DNA of 64,000 nucleotides from Lachnospiraceae bacterium (GTDB lineage Bacteria; Bacillota; Clostridia; Lachnospirales; Lachnospiraceae): NCBI GenBank assembly GCA_045627185.1, contig JAZQNE010000026.1, positions 9,719 to 73,718 of the forward strand, read 5' to 3'. Shown piece by piece: positions 28,132 to 36,750 of this stretch (position 1 is its first letter; each line of letters starts with the position of its first letter). The notes under the pieces were generated by a model. It saw only the letters and a program-made list of their open reading frames with translations, ran no database searches and was not told where the DNA came from. The position numbers and the translations under genes were made by a program.

Positions 28132-28887
28132 TTATTTTGCTTCTGCCATCTTTCTGTCCAAATACACTATAAAGAAATCGAAAGCGTATGTTGCCGGATG
28201 CCAGCAAAGAATGCTTCCATCCTCCTTATGTTCCGCTTCCCTGAATTCCTGATTGTCCTTTTCTGCAATAGCTTTAAATACTTTTTTGTTTTCATCAGCT
28301 TCATCAGACATAGCATTAGGATATTCTGCAGAGCTAAACGTTCCCGTTAAATATGCACGATATAAGTATTCAATATAATGGCCAATACCTTCCATCTTAG
28401 GGTAAGCCTCTGAATGAGCCTGTACATATTTATAAATTGTCAGATATCCGTCCGGATCGTTTTCCTTAATGAAGCTCATCATTTCCGCGGCTTTTGGAGT
28501 CTGAAAATACGGAAAGGCCTCATTTTCAAAAATCAGCAACGGAATTTGATATGCCTCTTCCATCCATTCCTCCAGTAATTTATCAAACTTTGCGCATACA
28601 CCTTTCTGGTCCAGTTCAGCAATTTTTGCTGCAAGGAAATCATTTTGCTCGTCACTGAGCTCCTCAATGCGATGAACCGTCAGCCCCCTTGCAACGCTTT
28701 CCTCATATGTCATGTCCGGAACAGGAGTCGAAACCTTTTGGGAGGCTGATGCAGGGTTTTCAACATTAGTTTTATTTTCATCATTTTTTCCCGAAGCAGA
28801 AATACTGTTGTCTTTCAGCAGAAATACTGTAACTGCTCCAAGCATCAAAACTACAAGCAACGAAGAAACAAGAATTCTTTTTTTCAT
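28132..28887 (-). CDS. hypothetical membrane-anchored or secreted protein
   Basis: 251 aa. The N-terminal hydrophobic segment is MKKRILVSSLLVVLMLGAVTVFLL. A GAGGAGG RBS is present. I recognised no family. Confidence 0.55.
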   Translation of the reverse strand: MKKRILVSSLLVVLMLGAVTVFLLKDNSISASGKNDENKTNVENPASASQKVSTPVPDMTYEESVARGLTVHRIEELSDEQNDFLAAKIAELDQKGVCAKFDKLLEEWMEEAYQIPLLIFENEAFPYFQTPKAAEMMSFIKENDPDGYLTIYKYVQAHSEAYPKMEGIGHYIEYLYRAYLTGTFSSAEYPNAMSDEADENKKVFKAIAEKDNQEFREAEHKEDGSILCWHPATYAFDFFIVYLDRKMAEAK

Positions 28888-29167
28888 TAGTTCAACCTCC
28901 TCTTTCGATTCATATTATCTATTCTGATAGTATTTTATCGAATTAGTTTTGTCTTGTCAACCATTATTTTATTGAAATAAAAAAAATAATAAAAATAATA
29001 AAAAACAGGTATACAAACCATAAACTACGTGGTAATATTTCGATTTGCTTCTTCTGTTGTCCGTAACCAACTATATTGCCAAGCCTGTTGATAAAGTTCC
29101 TAATGCAAATAATGTCATCGGATTTGATATCATCAGCCCCGATGCCATTTTTGCCGTATTATTTTTT

Positions 29168-29947
29168 TCACGCATTATACATAATCACGGCCGCAGCCAC
29201 AGCTGCATTAAGTGATTCCAGTTTTCCCGCCATGGGTATGCGGATACAGTGATCGGCCGCTTCAGCAGTTTCTTTCTTCAGACCGTTTGCCTCATTGCCT
29301 ATAAGGAATGCTGCCCGGCTATCATACTTAACAAGCTTAAAGTTTTCAGATCCTGCAAGATATGCAGCATAAGTTGTAACATTGTATTTTCTAAGCATTT
29401 CAAGCAATTTCGCCGTATCATTTGCCATAACAAAAGGAACGCGGAAAATCGAACCCATTGTGGCACGTACAACCTTCGGGTTGAAAATATCAACACAGTC
29501 TCCGCCCGCAATCACAAGGTCCATACCGGCCCCCTCAGAGGTTCTGAGAATCGTGCCCATATTTCCCGGATCGCGCAAATCTTCAAGGAAAAGAATCCGA
29601 AGCGGTCCTTTTGCAGAAAGTATTTCTTCCGCATTGTACTCAGGCTGCTTTGCAACGCAAAGAATCCCCTGTGGAGTAACGGTTTCAGCAACACTGTCAA
29701 AAACACTGTCCTTAACAACTTCGAAGTTTTTCCCGGCAAAAAGCCTTGTTTTATCAGCCTCCGAGAGTCCGTTGAAATAGCTTTCCGATGCGTAAACGCT
29801 CACTATTTTTTCGGGGCAGTCGCGCAACAGCTCGCCGTAAAGCTTAATACCTTCACAAACAAAAACCTTATCGTTTTCCCTTTGTTTGCGCTTTGCAAGC
29901 AGCTGCTTCAGATATTTAATTTTGTCATTTGATGTTGATGTAATCAT
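29168..29947 (-). CDS. TrmH/SpoU-family RNA 2'-O-methyltransferase
   Basis: 259 aa. SpoU motifs present: LEDLRDPGNMGTILRTSEGAG, FLIGNEANGL and IPMAGKLESLNAAVAAAVIMY. Confidence 0.8.
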   Translation of the reverse strand: MITSTSNDKIKYLKQLLAKRKQRENDKVFVCEGIKLYGELLRDCPEKIVSVYASESYFNGLSEADKTRLFAGKNFEVVKDSVFDSVAETVTPQGILCVAKQPEYNAEEILSAKGPLRILFLEDLRDPGNMGTILRTSEGAGMDLVIAGGDCVDIFNPKVVRATMGSIFRVPFVMANDTAKLLEMLRKYNVTTYAAYLAGSENFKLVKYDSRAAFLIGNEANGLKKETAEAADHCIRIPMAGKLESLNAAVAAAVIMYNA

Positions 29948-29969
29948 CTGCTGCCTTTCGCGAAACTCC

Positions 29970-31040
29970 TTATTCTTCCTCTCCCTTCAGCCTTTCAGCC
30001 TGGTCGTAGGCAATGATGTTATCAATAATCTCCTGAATATCGCCGTTCATTATGTCAAGCAGACGATATGAGGTAAAATGCACACGATGATCCGTGCAGC
30101 GTCCCTGCGGGAAGTTGTATGTACGGATTTTCTCGGACCGGTCGCCCGTTCCAACCTGGCTCTTGCGTTCTGCAGCCTCAGCGGCATGAGCCTTCTCAAG
30201 TTCAAGCTCATACAGCTTTGCACGCAGGACACGCATAGCCTGGGCACGGTTTTTAAGTTGCGATTTTTCATCCTGGCAGGAAATAACTATGCCTGTCGGA
30301 ATGTGTGTCAGACGTACAGCCGAGTCAGTAGTATTTACGCACTGTCCGCCGTTTCCCGATGAACGGAAAACATCAATTTTACAATCATTCGGGTCAACAT
30401 AAACATCAACCTCTTCCGCTTCCGGCATAATGGCAACGGTTGCGGTTGATGTGTGGATTCTGCCGCCGGATTCGGTTACGGGCACACGCTGAACACGGTG
30501 AACACCGCTTTCATACTTAAGCTGTGAGTACGCGCCCTGCCCATCAATCATGAAAACAACTTCCTTCACACCACCGATTCCACTCTCATTATATGTTGTA
30601 AGTTCGGTTTTCCAATGGCGTGTTTCAGCATATTTCATATACATGCGATAAAGCTCGCCCGCAAACAGTGCAGCCTCTTCACCGCCTGCGCCGGCACGGA
30701 TTTCAACAACAACATTCTTGTTATCATTAGGATCCTTGGGCAGAAGAAGCACCTTGAGACGGCCCTCCAGCTCAGCAACTTTTTCCTTGCACTCATTAAG
30801 TTCTTCCTTGGCAAGTTCGCGCATTTCTTCATCTGATTCTTCCTCAAGCATTTTGAGGCTTTCATCGATGCCGGCTTTTGCAGCCTTATATTCTTTATAA
30901 GCTTCAATTATTTCACTTAAGTCATTTTGTTCCTTCATAAGCTTTTTGAAGCGTGCCTGGTCACTTGTAACGCCGGGTTCAGCCAGTTCATTCTGGATTT
31001 CTTCAAAATGCTTCAGAAGGTCTTCTAATTTATCAAACAT
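29970..31040 (-). CDS. prfA: peptide chain release factor 1
   Basis: Start set at ATG 31040, which has a GGAGA RBS. It carries the PVT tripeptide ([10 protein letters not shown], the RF1 PxT anticodon motif) and the GGQ motif [17 protein letters not shown]. prmC lies immediately upstream (it is transcribed first on the minus strand). Confidence 0.9.
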   Translation of the reverse strand: MFDKLEDLLKHFEEIQNELAEPGVTSDQARFKKLMKEQNDLSEIIEAYKEYKAAKAGIDESLKMLEEESDEEMRELAKEELNECKEKVAELEGRLKVLLLPKDPNDNKNVVVEIRAGAGGEEAALFAGELYRMYMKYAETRHWKTELTTYNESGIGGVKEVVFMIDGQGAYSQLKYESGVHRVQRVPVTESGGRIHTSTATVAIMPEAEEVDVYVDPNDCKIDVFRSSGNGGQCVNTTDSAVRLTHIPTGIVISCQDEKSQLKNRAQAMRVLRAKLYELELEKAHAAEAAERKSQVGTGDRSEKIRTYNFPQGRCTDHRVHFTSYRLLDIMNGDIQEIIDNIIAYDQAERLKGEEE

Positions 31041-31094
31041 ATTATCTCCATTCAAAACATAACCATAAAGGTCGGACATTGTTTTGTCGGCGCA

Positions 31095-31934
31095 TCAGTG
31101 TTTCCACACGGCAAACACCATACGGTCATTTCCCGAATAATCCTTCTTCACAACGATGTCGGAAAAGCCCGCATTTTTCAACAGTTTCGGAACACTTTCC
31201 CCCTGGTCGTTTCCAATCTCAAGACAGAGCCTTCCGTTTTCGGTCAGATGTTGTCCCGCTTCTTCCGCGATTCTTCTGTAAAAGCTCAGTCCGTCCGTAT
31301 CACCGTCAAGTGCAAGATGTGGCTCAAAATCACGTACATCGGGCATCAGTTCATCAATTTCCTTTGTTGCAATATAAGGCGGATTTGAAACAATAACATC
31401 AAACCGCTCATTTCCCACGGCTTCAAACAGGTCACCCTGCAGGAAACGTATGTCCGCATGATTTTTAAGTGCATTTTCTTTTGCCACGGAAAGTGCACCG
31501 TCAGAAATATCACAGGCGGTAACAGCTGCAGGCTTTCCCAGTTTTGCGACGGTTACAGCTATACAGCCCGAACCGGTACAAAGATCAAGTACCGTTTTTC
31601 CCTCACATGATGTGAAAACCGCCTCAGCCAGAAGTTCCGTCTCCGGACGGGGAATCAGCACATTTCTGTTCACAATAAAATCAAGTCCGCAGAAGCAGCT
31701 TTCCCCCATAATATACTGAACCGGCAGATGCGTAAGCCGTTGTTCCAGTAACTCCAGATATCTCGCTTGCGTATCTGCCGGCATTTGATCGTTCCATATG
31801 AGCCTTATACGATGCCTGTCGATTGCGCCGGCATGCTCCAGTAAGAGTCTTGCGTCACAATCCTCCAGACCGTATTGTGTAACGGCCATTCTTAGGGCTT
31901 CGCCCCACGTCAATGCTTTCATTTCTTCATTCAT
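31095..31934 (-). CDS. prmC: release-factor glutamine N5-methyltransferase
   Basis: It has the SAM motif VLDLCTGSGCIA and the catalytic VSNPPY. The start is either 31934 (AAGGA RBS, 8-nt overlap with the upstream gene) or 31922. Confidence 0.85.
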   Translation of the reverse strand: MNEEMKALTWGEALRMAVTQYGLEDCDARLLLEHAGAIDRHRIRLIWNDQMPADTQARYLELLEQRLTHLPVQYIMGESCFCGLDFIVNRNVLIPRPETELLAEAVFTSCEGKTVLDLCTGSGCIAVTVAKLGKPAAVTACDISDGALSVAKENALKNHADIRFLQGDLFEAVGNERFDVIVSNPPYIATKEIDELMPDVRDFEPHLALDGDTDGLSFYRRIAEEAGQHLTENGRLCLEIGNDQGESVPKLLKNAGFSDIVVKKDYSGNDRMVFAVWKH

Positions 31935-33462
31935 TCGAATCCTTAAAAACAAAAAACTTATCAAGTGCTTTCAGAACATCATCATCCTCTTCTTCATCAG
32001 TGTCCTGAAGCTCAGCTTTTATTTTTCTTGTTGCAAGAGGATCCTTAAATTCCTTAACAGGCTGTTCCTTCTTAACAAAGAGAACCTTATCAAGAGATTC
32101 AAGGTCTTTTGATTTACGGGCGTTGCTTTCTGCTTTTTCAGCTTTTGCTTCTACTTTTGCTTCAGCATTCTTTGCAGCTTCGGATTCAGCATTCTTTGCA
32201 GCTTCGGATTCATCTTCCAGGTCAACAAATTCCAGTTCTTCACCTGTTTCTTCAGTCAATTCGACTTCAGCAGTTTCTTCTGCAGTTTCAATAGTTTCTT
32301 CGATTTCTTCTGCTATTTCAGCAGCTTTCTCTTCAATTTCTTCAGCTGCGTCTTCAATTTCTTCAGTTGCTTCGATTTCTTCAACTTCCTCTGCCTGTTC
32401 AGCTTCCTCTGCCTGCTCAGCATCTTCAGCCTGCTCGACATCTTCTGCTTCATCAGCTTCATCTGCAGAAGGAACTTTTTCACTAATCATCTGCTGTTCA
32501 GCTTCTGCACGAACCTGCTCTACAAATGATTTCCAGTCAAAAACAGCCTCAACAGAAGCTATGGCAACTTCAATCATGGAATCATCCGGCTCACGGGTGG
32601 TAAGCTTCTGAAGAAGAAGTCCGGGTTTGCTGATGGCATTGATAACTTTATTGTCACTGTTTCCCGCAAAACGGATGAATTCATAAGAAAGACCGGCAAT
32701 AAACGGAATAAGAAGAACGCGTACAAGCGCCCTGAGCCATAAACTGTCAACTCTGATAAACATGAAAACAAAGACACTGAGTATAATAACAAAAAACAGG
32801 AAACTTGTTCCGCAACGTTTGTGCTCACGGCTCTGTTCGCGAACGTTCTCCACGGTAAGGTCAAGCCCATGCTCAACACAATTGATGGATTTGTGTTCTG
32901 CTCCGTGATACATAAACACACGCTTAATATCTTCCATACGTGAGATCAGAAGAATATAACCGATAAAAATGATAATACGAAGAAGACCTTCAAAAATTCC
33001 GGTAGCAAAGTCCCCGGCCTTTGTCCATTTTTGAATAAGGCCGGAAAGAAACGACGGAAGAAGAACAAAAATTGCAATTGCAAGAATAATTGAAAAAGCA
33101 ACGGTACCGCCAATTAAAGCAGCTTCCTGTGCGTCCTTCTTCTCCGGATTTTTCTCTTCCTGCTTATCAGTCTTTTTATTGTTTTTCTTTACGGAATTCT
33201 TTTCTTCCTTCTTAGGCTCCTCTTCATCAAAGAAGCTTGCGGAGAAGGTAAGCGTTTTTATACCGATTACAAGTGAGTCCACAAATGCAAACACACCACG
33301 AATAACAGGAATCTTATTGATAGCTTTCCTGTCTTTTCCCCCATTCTGAACATCTACGATGATCTCTCCGTCCGGTTTTCTGACTGCAACAGCATAACGG
33401 TCAGCATTTTTCATCATAACACCTTCAATAACAGCCTGTCCGCCGATTTTTGATGATCTCAT
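31927..33462 (-). CDS. DUF1385 (YqhQ-like) membrane protein with a long acidic repetitive C-terminal tail
   Basis: 511 aa. The N-terminus MRSSKIGGQAVIEGVMMKN and the motif MYHGAEHKSINC are DUF1385 hallmarks. The last 200 aa or so are Glu/Ala-rich repeats. Confidence 0.75.
   Translation of the reverse strand: MRSSKIGGQAVIEGVMMKNADRYAVAVRKPDGEIIVDVQNGGKDRKAINKIPVIRGVFAFVDSLVIGIKTLTFSASFFDEEEPKKEEKNSVKKNNKKTDKQEEKNPEKKDAQEAALIGGTVAFSIILAIAIFVLLPSFLSGLIQKWTKAGDFATGIFEGLLRIIIFIGYILLISRMEDIKRVFMYHGAEHKSINCVEHGLDLTVENVREQSREHKRCGTSFLFFVIILSVFVFMFIRVDSLWLRALVRVLLIPFIAGLSYEFIRFAGNSDNKVINAISKPGLLLQKLTTREPDDSMIEVAIASVEAVFDWKSFVEQVRAEAEQQMISEKVPSADEADEAEDVEQAEDAEQAEEAEQAEEVEEIEATEEIEDAAEEIEEKAAEIAEEIEETIETAEETAEVELTEETGEELEFVDLEDESEAAKNAESEAAKNAEAKVEAKAEKAESNARKSKDLESLDKVLFVKKEQPVKEFKDPLATRKIKAELQDTDEEEDDDVLKALDKFFVFKDSNE
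32100..32480. repeat. short in-frame tandem repeats encoding the acidic tail
   Basis: A 24-nt unit occurs twice at 32161-32208 (ESEAAKNA x2). An 18-nt unit occurs about three times at 32388-32441 (AEQAEE-type). Confidence 0.75.
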
Positions 33463-33502
33463 GTTTGTTACCTTCCTTCCCCAAATAAAAAGAACTTAAC
33501 GC

Positions 33503-33534
33503 AAAAATAGGTTGAGAGTTTCCGCCCTCAACCT
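33503..33534 (-). terminator. rho-independent terminator of rpmE
   Basis: The minus strand reads AGGTTGAG GGCGGAAACT CTCAACCT followed by ATTTTTGCG, 24 nt after the rpmE stop. Confidence 0.7.
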
Positions 33535-33557
33535 GTTTTTATCTGTATAAATCGGAA

Positions 33558-33761
33558 CTATTTGTTCAAGCCATACTTACGGTTGAACTTATCAATAGCA
33601 CCACGTGCAGCAACGCTCTTCTGCTGGCCTGTATAGAATGAATGGCACTTTGAGCAGATTTCAACGTGAATCTCGTTCTTGGTTGAACCGGTCATGAACT
33701 CGTTTCCGCAGTTGCATGTAACCTTGCACTGATAGTACTTAGGATGAATTCCTTCCTTCAT
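33558..33761 (-). CDS. rpmE: 50S ribosomal protein L31
   Basis: Start set at ATG 33761, which has a GAGAGGTGA RBS. The sequence [22 protein letters not shown]...[12 protein letters not shown] is L31 with a Zn ribbon. Confidence 0.9.
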   Translation of the reverse strand: MKEGIHPKYYQCKVTCNCGNEFMTGSTKNEIHVEICSKCHSFYTGQQKSVAARGAIDKFNRKYGLNK

Positions 33762-33830
33762 GTATTTCACCTCTCATATCCGCTGCCCTATTTGGCTTGT
33801 TAATTTTGGCAAGACCGCGACAGCTTGTTC

Positions 33831-33859
33831 AGTATAGCACGTAGAGGGAAAATTTGCAA
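33831..33859 (-). promoter_or_regulatory. candidate sigma-A promoter of rpmE
   Basis: The minus strand reads TTGCAA, a 17-nt spacer, then TATACT. Confidence 0.5.
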
Positions 33860-33945
33860 TAATAATTTTCATGAGAGAAAAATTATTTTTTCTTCTTTCT
33901 TTACAAAAAAACATATGGAAGCATCAGAACAAAGAAGCCAAAATA

Positions 33946-34848
33946 CTATTTTGACGGATAATCTTCGGGATAAACCCAAACACTGCACGGGCCCGAGGAT
34001 GAACCTGTTAAGCCCCGGCTATACAAAGTAAATTGCGCATCCTTTCGGATATCAATAATCTTATATTGTCCGTTTTCGTCTCTGGTATATGTAAACTTAA
34101 TTACACAATCCGTACACAAATGACATGAGAACACCTCTATTTTTGTACGGTCATCATCATCCATTCTCAGTGCAAGCGAACTGTCCGGATATTGATCATA
34201 AGCCTGTTTGTAAATACCGGCAACCGGATCAATTAACGCCACATCATCAATCGTATCGCCTATCTTAATGTTCATAAAATCATTAAGTTCATGTGATTCC
34301 TTAACAAGAATAGGGTATCCGTAATAGTCCGTTGTATTCAAACGATACGAGAAAAACTTATACAGCCTGTAGCCGCCTTCTATTTTGAAAGTGCAATAGC
34401 CATTCTGCCCATTGGTTTTGACAAGCTGTGGCTTGGGTCCCTGACTCATATCGCTCTCCAGTGAGTATGTAGCCCCGGATAGCATTATTTCTCCGCTAAA
34501 AAAGGTAAGGCCAAATGGACGTCTTGTCAACAAGTCACTGACAGAATATTCATCAAGAGAATCCTCAACATCCGAAAAGCACGGCAGATTCACCTGTTTG
34601 CCCGTGTTAATCATCCACTTCAATTCCGAAAAACTAATGTATGAACTGTCATCCATTTGATAATCCGATGTTTTGTTGCCATCTCCCTTGGGAAGCATTT
34701 CAGTAGGTGAAGGCTGTTCCGTGGCTGAAACACCGGGCTGCGGACTGATATCCGGCCCGTAAGACGGTACATTGGTTGCTTTTGGTTTCGTACAGGAAAC
34801 AAAAAGTAGGCTGCAAATAGTAGCCAGAAATATAGCACGGAATTTCAT
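33946..34848 (-). CDS. lipoprotein, partner of the 567-aa secreted protein (two-gene module copy 1)
   Basis: 300 aa. The signal peptide and lipobox are MKFRAIFLATICSLLFVSC. It is a paralogue of 40050..41030, sharing GYPILVK...FMNIKIGDTIDDVA.IDPVA.IYK..YDQYPDSSL and VFSCHLC.DC.I.F.YTRD..GQYKIIDI. Confidence 0.7.
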   Translation of the reverse strand: MKFRAIFLATICSLLFVSCTKPKATNVPSYGPDISPQPGVSATEQPSPTEMLPKGDGNKTSDYQMDDSSYISFSELKWMINTGKQVNLPCFSDVEDSLDEYSVSDLLTRRPFGLTFFSGEIMLSGATYSLESDMSQGPKPQLVKTNGQNGYCTFKIEGGYRLYKFFSYRLNTTDYYGYPILVKESHELNDFMNIKIGDTIDDVALIDPVAGIYKQAYDQYPDSSLALRMDDDDRTKIEVFSCHLCTDCVIKFTYTRDENGQYKIIDIRKDAQFTLYSRGLTGSSSGPCSVWVYPEDYPSK

Positions 34849-34855
34849 TAGTTAC

Positions 34856-36559
34856 TTACCTCGCTATTGAATAATATACAATTGAACTATTGTAGAATTG
34901 TGAGTAAGCAAGGTCACCTAATTCATATACGTTCCAACTTATTGCCTGCGGATTAGTATAGACATTCGAATTTGGTACTATTCTCGATGGATAGCTGCCG
35001 CGTTTATCTGCCCAAGAGCCATCTCCTAATTGAATAAACCAATGATAATCCCAAATATCAACACCGGCGTCAAACCGTCCGTTTTCATTTGAATCGACAT
35101 AACCAACTCTAAGAGCAGCTCGATAATACGAAAAATTTTCAATTCCTGAATTATATGAATCCAATTCGGTAAAAACAAACCTTTGATCATCCATAAATGT
35201 TTCAAAAACCGTTTTTACTTTTTCTAAAATATCTTCGGTATCTACAGCATCACTTAATATAGAATCCCAATTTCTCCAGTTATAACCAAAATTAATATAA
35301 TACTTTAATGCATAACCCGCACAGTTAAATGTATCATCAAAATCATCTACGTGATAATAATTCTGATTAGAAACAGTATGTACTATTGAGTAATTTGGCG
35401 AATTTGTTGCACAGTCACCCGCAACAGGAAAGCTTCGGGATAACGTAGTGTAGGATGGAAAATAATACCCTGCAGACGAATAGTAACCACATAGAATCGT
35501 AGTTGTAACTTGTTCTTTTGTATTTGAAATCGAATATGAATAACTTTGTGGATAAAGCCAGCCAGATGTTGAATTCAGAACCCCAAATGATAAGCCATCG
35601 ACGCTCTCATATTTCCAAAAATTATCTGCACCAATTGTAGTCTCTAAATAAAACAACGTATTTCCTAAAGAATCCTTTTTTATTTGAACACCATCTATCG
35701 TTTTAACAGCAGTTCTATTCTGAGATTCTAAATCATCACAATCTTCACGTTCACTTGTCTCCAGACAAAAATGATTATTTGTGTCGAGTATCATTTGTTC
35801 AGGCATATTCTCTGCTGCACAGCATTCATCCATAGTATGGCTGAAAATTGAAATTTCAGCATTAATTTCAACTCTTTTGATGTCGGACGAATAATAAATA
35901 ATATCAGTATCCGTCAGCTGCTGCTTGTATTCTTCGGTTTCCTTATTATTTTGAATTATAGTTTCAACATCTCTGCGAAGCTCAGCTTCATATTCCGCAA
36001 GAGTATAAGAAGCAAGCGGTCTGTGAGGATTTCCCGGCATAAACATTTCAGGCACAAAGCACGTGAAGATGCCATATTCTTCATTTATTTTATCATTAAT
36101 CGCCTGATATTCAGCTATTGCTTCACTCGATATATAACAATTGTCAATGAATGCCACACGCTTATCAACATCTGCTTCGGTAAAAAGGCACTCATCTTCA
36201 GGGACTGCGGTCGTATCAAACAAATATACGGCATTGGGATTTTGTGCACGCTTAGCCAAAATTGCTTCGCGCATTTTAGATTCAAACTCCTCAGGAGAAA
36301 AAAGCAAAACATATGAATCGCTGTCACGTGACATGTCTTCCTGGGTAAAGCCCAGATGGAAACCGTATTCCGCATTCAAACGTTTAAGAATTCCGGAATA
36401 TATTTCATAATCTTCTTCAGAAAGATAAAGCGGATCATATTCCTTTATATTTTCATTTGCAGAAATAGCAATTGTCCCTGTTTCGGCTTTTCCGGCCATA
36501 CATGGAGCAAGCAATATGAAAATAAGAAGCGCTAAAAAAAACATGTTTGTTCTTTTCAT
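34856..36559 (-). CDS. secreted multidomain protein with C-terminal transglutaminase/papain-like Cys-His-Asp core (copy 1)
   Basis: Start set at ATG 36559 (AGGAGG RBS), giving the signal peptide MKRTNMFFLALLIFILLAPCMAGKA. The candidate catalytic residues are C in FNCAGYALKYY, and H and D in DYHWFIQLGDGSWADKRG. It is a paralogue of 41033..42751. Confidence 0.65.
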   Translation of the reverse strand: MKRTNMFFLALLIFILLAPCMAGKAETGTIAISANENIKEYDPLYLSEEDYEIYSGILKRLNAEYGFHLGFTQEDMSRDSDSYVLLFSPEEFESKMREAILAKRAQNPNAVYLFDTTAVPEDECLFTEADVDKRVAFIDNCYISSEAIAEYQAINDKINEEYGIFTCFVPEMFMPGNPHRPLASYTLAEYEAELRRDVETIIQNNKETEEYKQQLTDTDIIYYSSDIKRVEINAEISIFSHTMDECCAAENMPEQMILDTNNHFCLETSEREDCDDLESQNRTAVKTIDGVQIKKDSLGNTLFYLETTIGADNFWKYESVDGLSFGVLNSTSGWLYPQSYSYSISNTKEQVTTTILCGYYSSAGYYFPSYTTLSRSFPVAGDCATNSPNYSIVHTVSNQNYYHVDDFDDTFNCAGYALKYYINFGYNWRNWDSILSDAVDTEDILEKVKTVFETFMDDQRFVFTELDSYNSGIENFSYYRAALRVGYVDSNENGRFDAGVDIWDYHWFIQLGDGSWADKRGSYPSRIVPNSNVYTNPQAISWNVYELGDLAYSQFYNSSIVYYSIAR

Positions 36560-36750
36560 AATTTTTTCCTCCTTCAATTTTAGAATCAAGATTTCAATTT
36601 ACCAACAAGTCATCGGCCAAATGACTGCACTAATAGTAACACATTTTTTCTGCTTATGTCAAGACTGATTTAATAGTTTTTAAGTGGGCCTAAAATGAAA
36701 TTGTAAATTTCGCTCCTTCAACAAGCATTTTTATTGAAACCTTCCCCACC

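Noticed and set aside
29020-29167. A 25-codon minus-strand ORF (MASGLMISNPMTLFALGTLSTGLAI) in the spacer upstream of the TrmH-family gene.
   Set aside because: It is too short, has no convincing RBS or homology, and cannot be supported from sequence alone.
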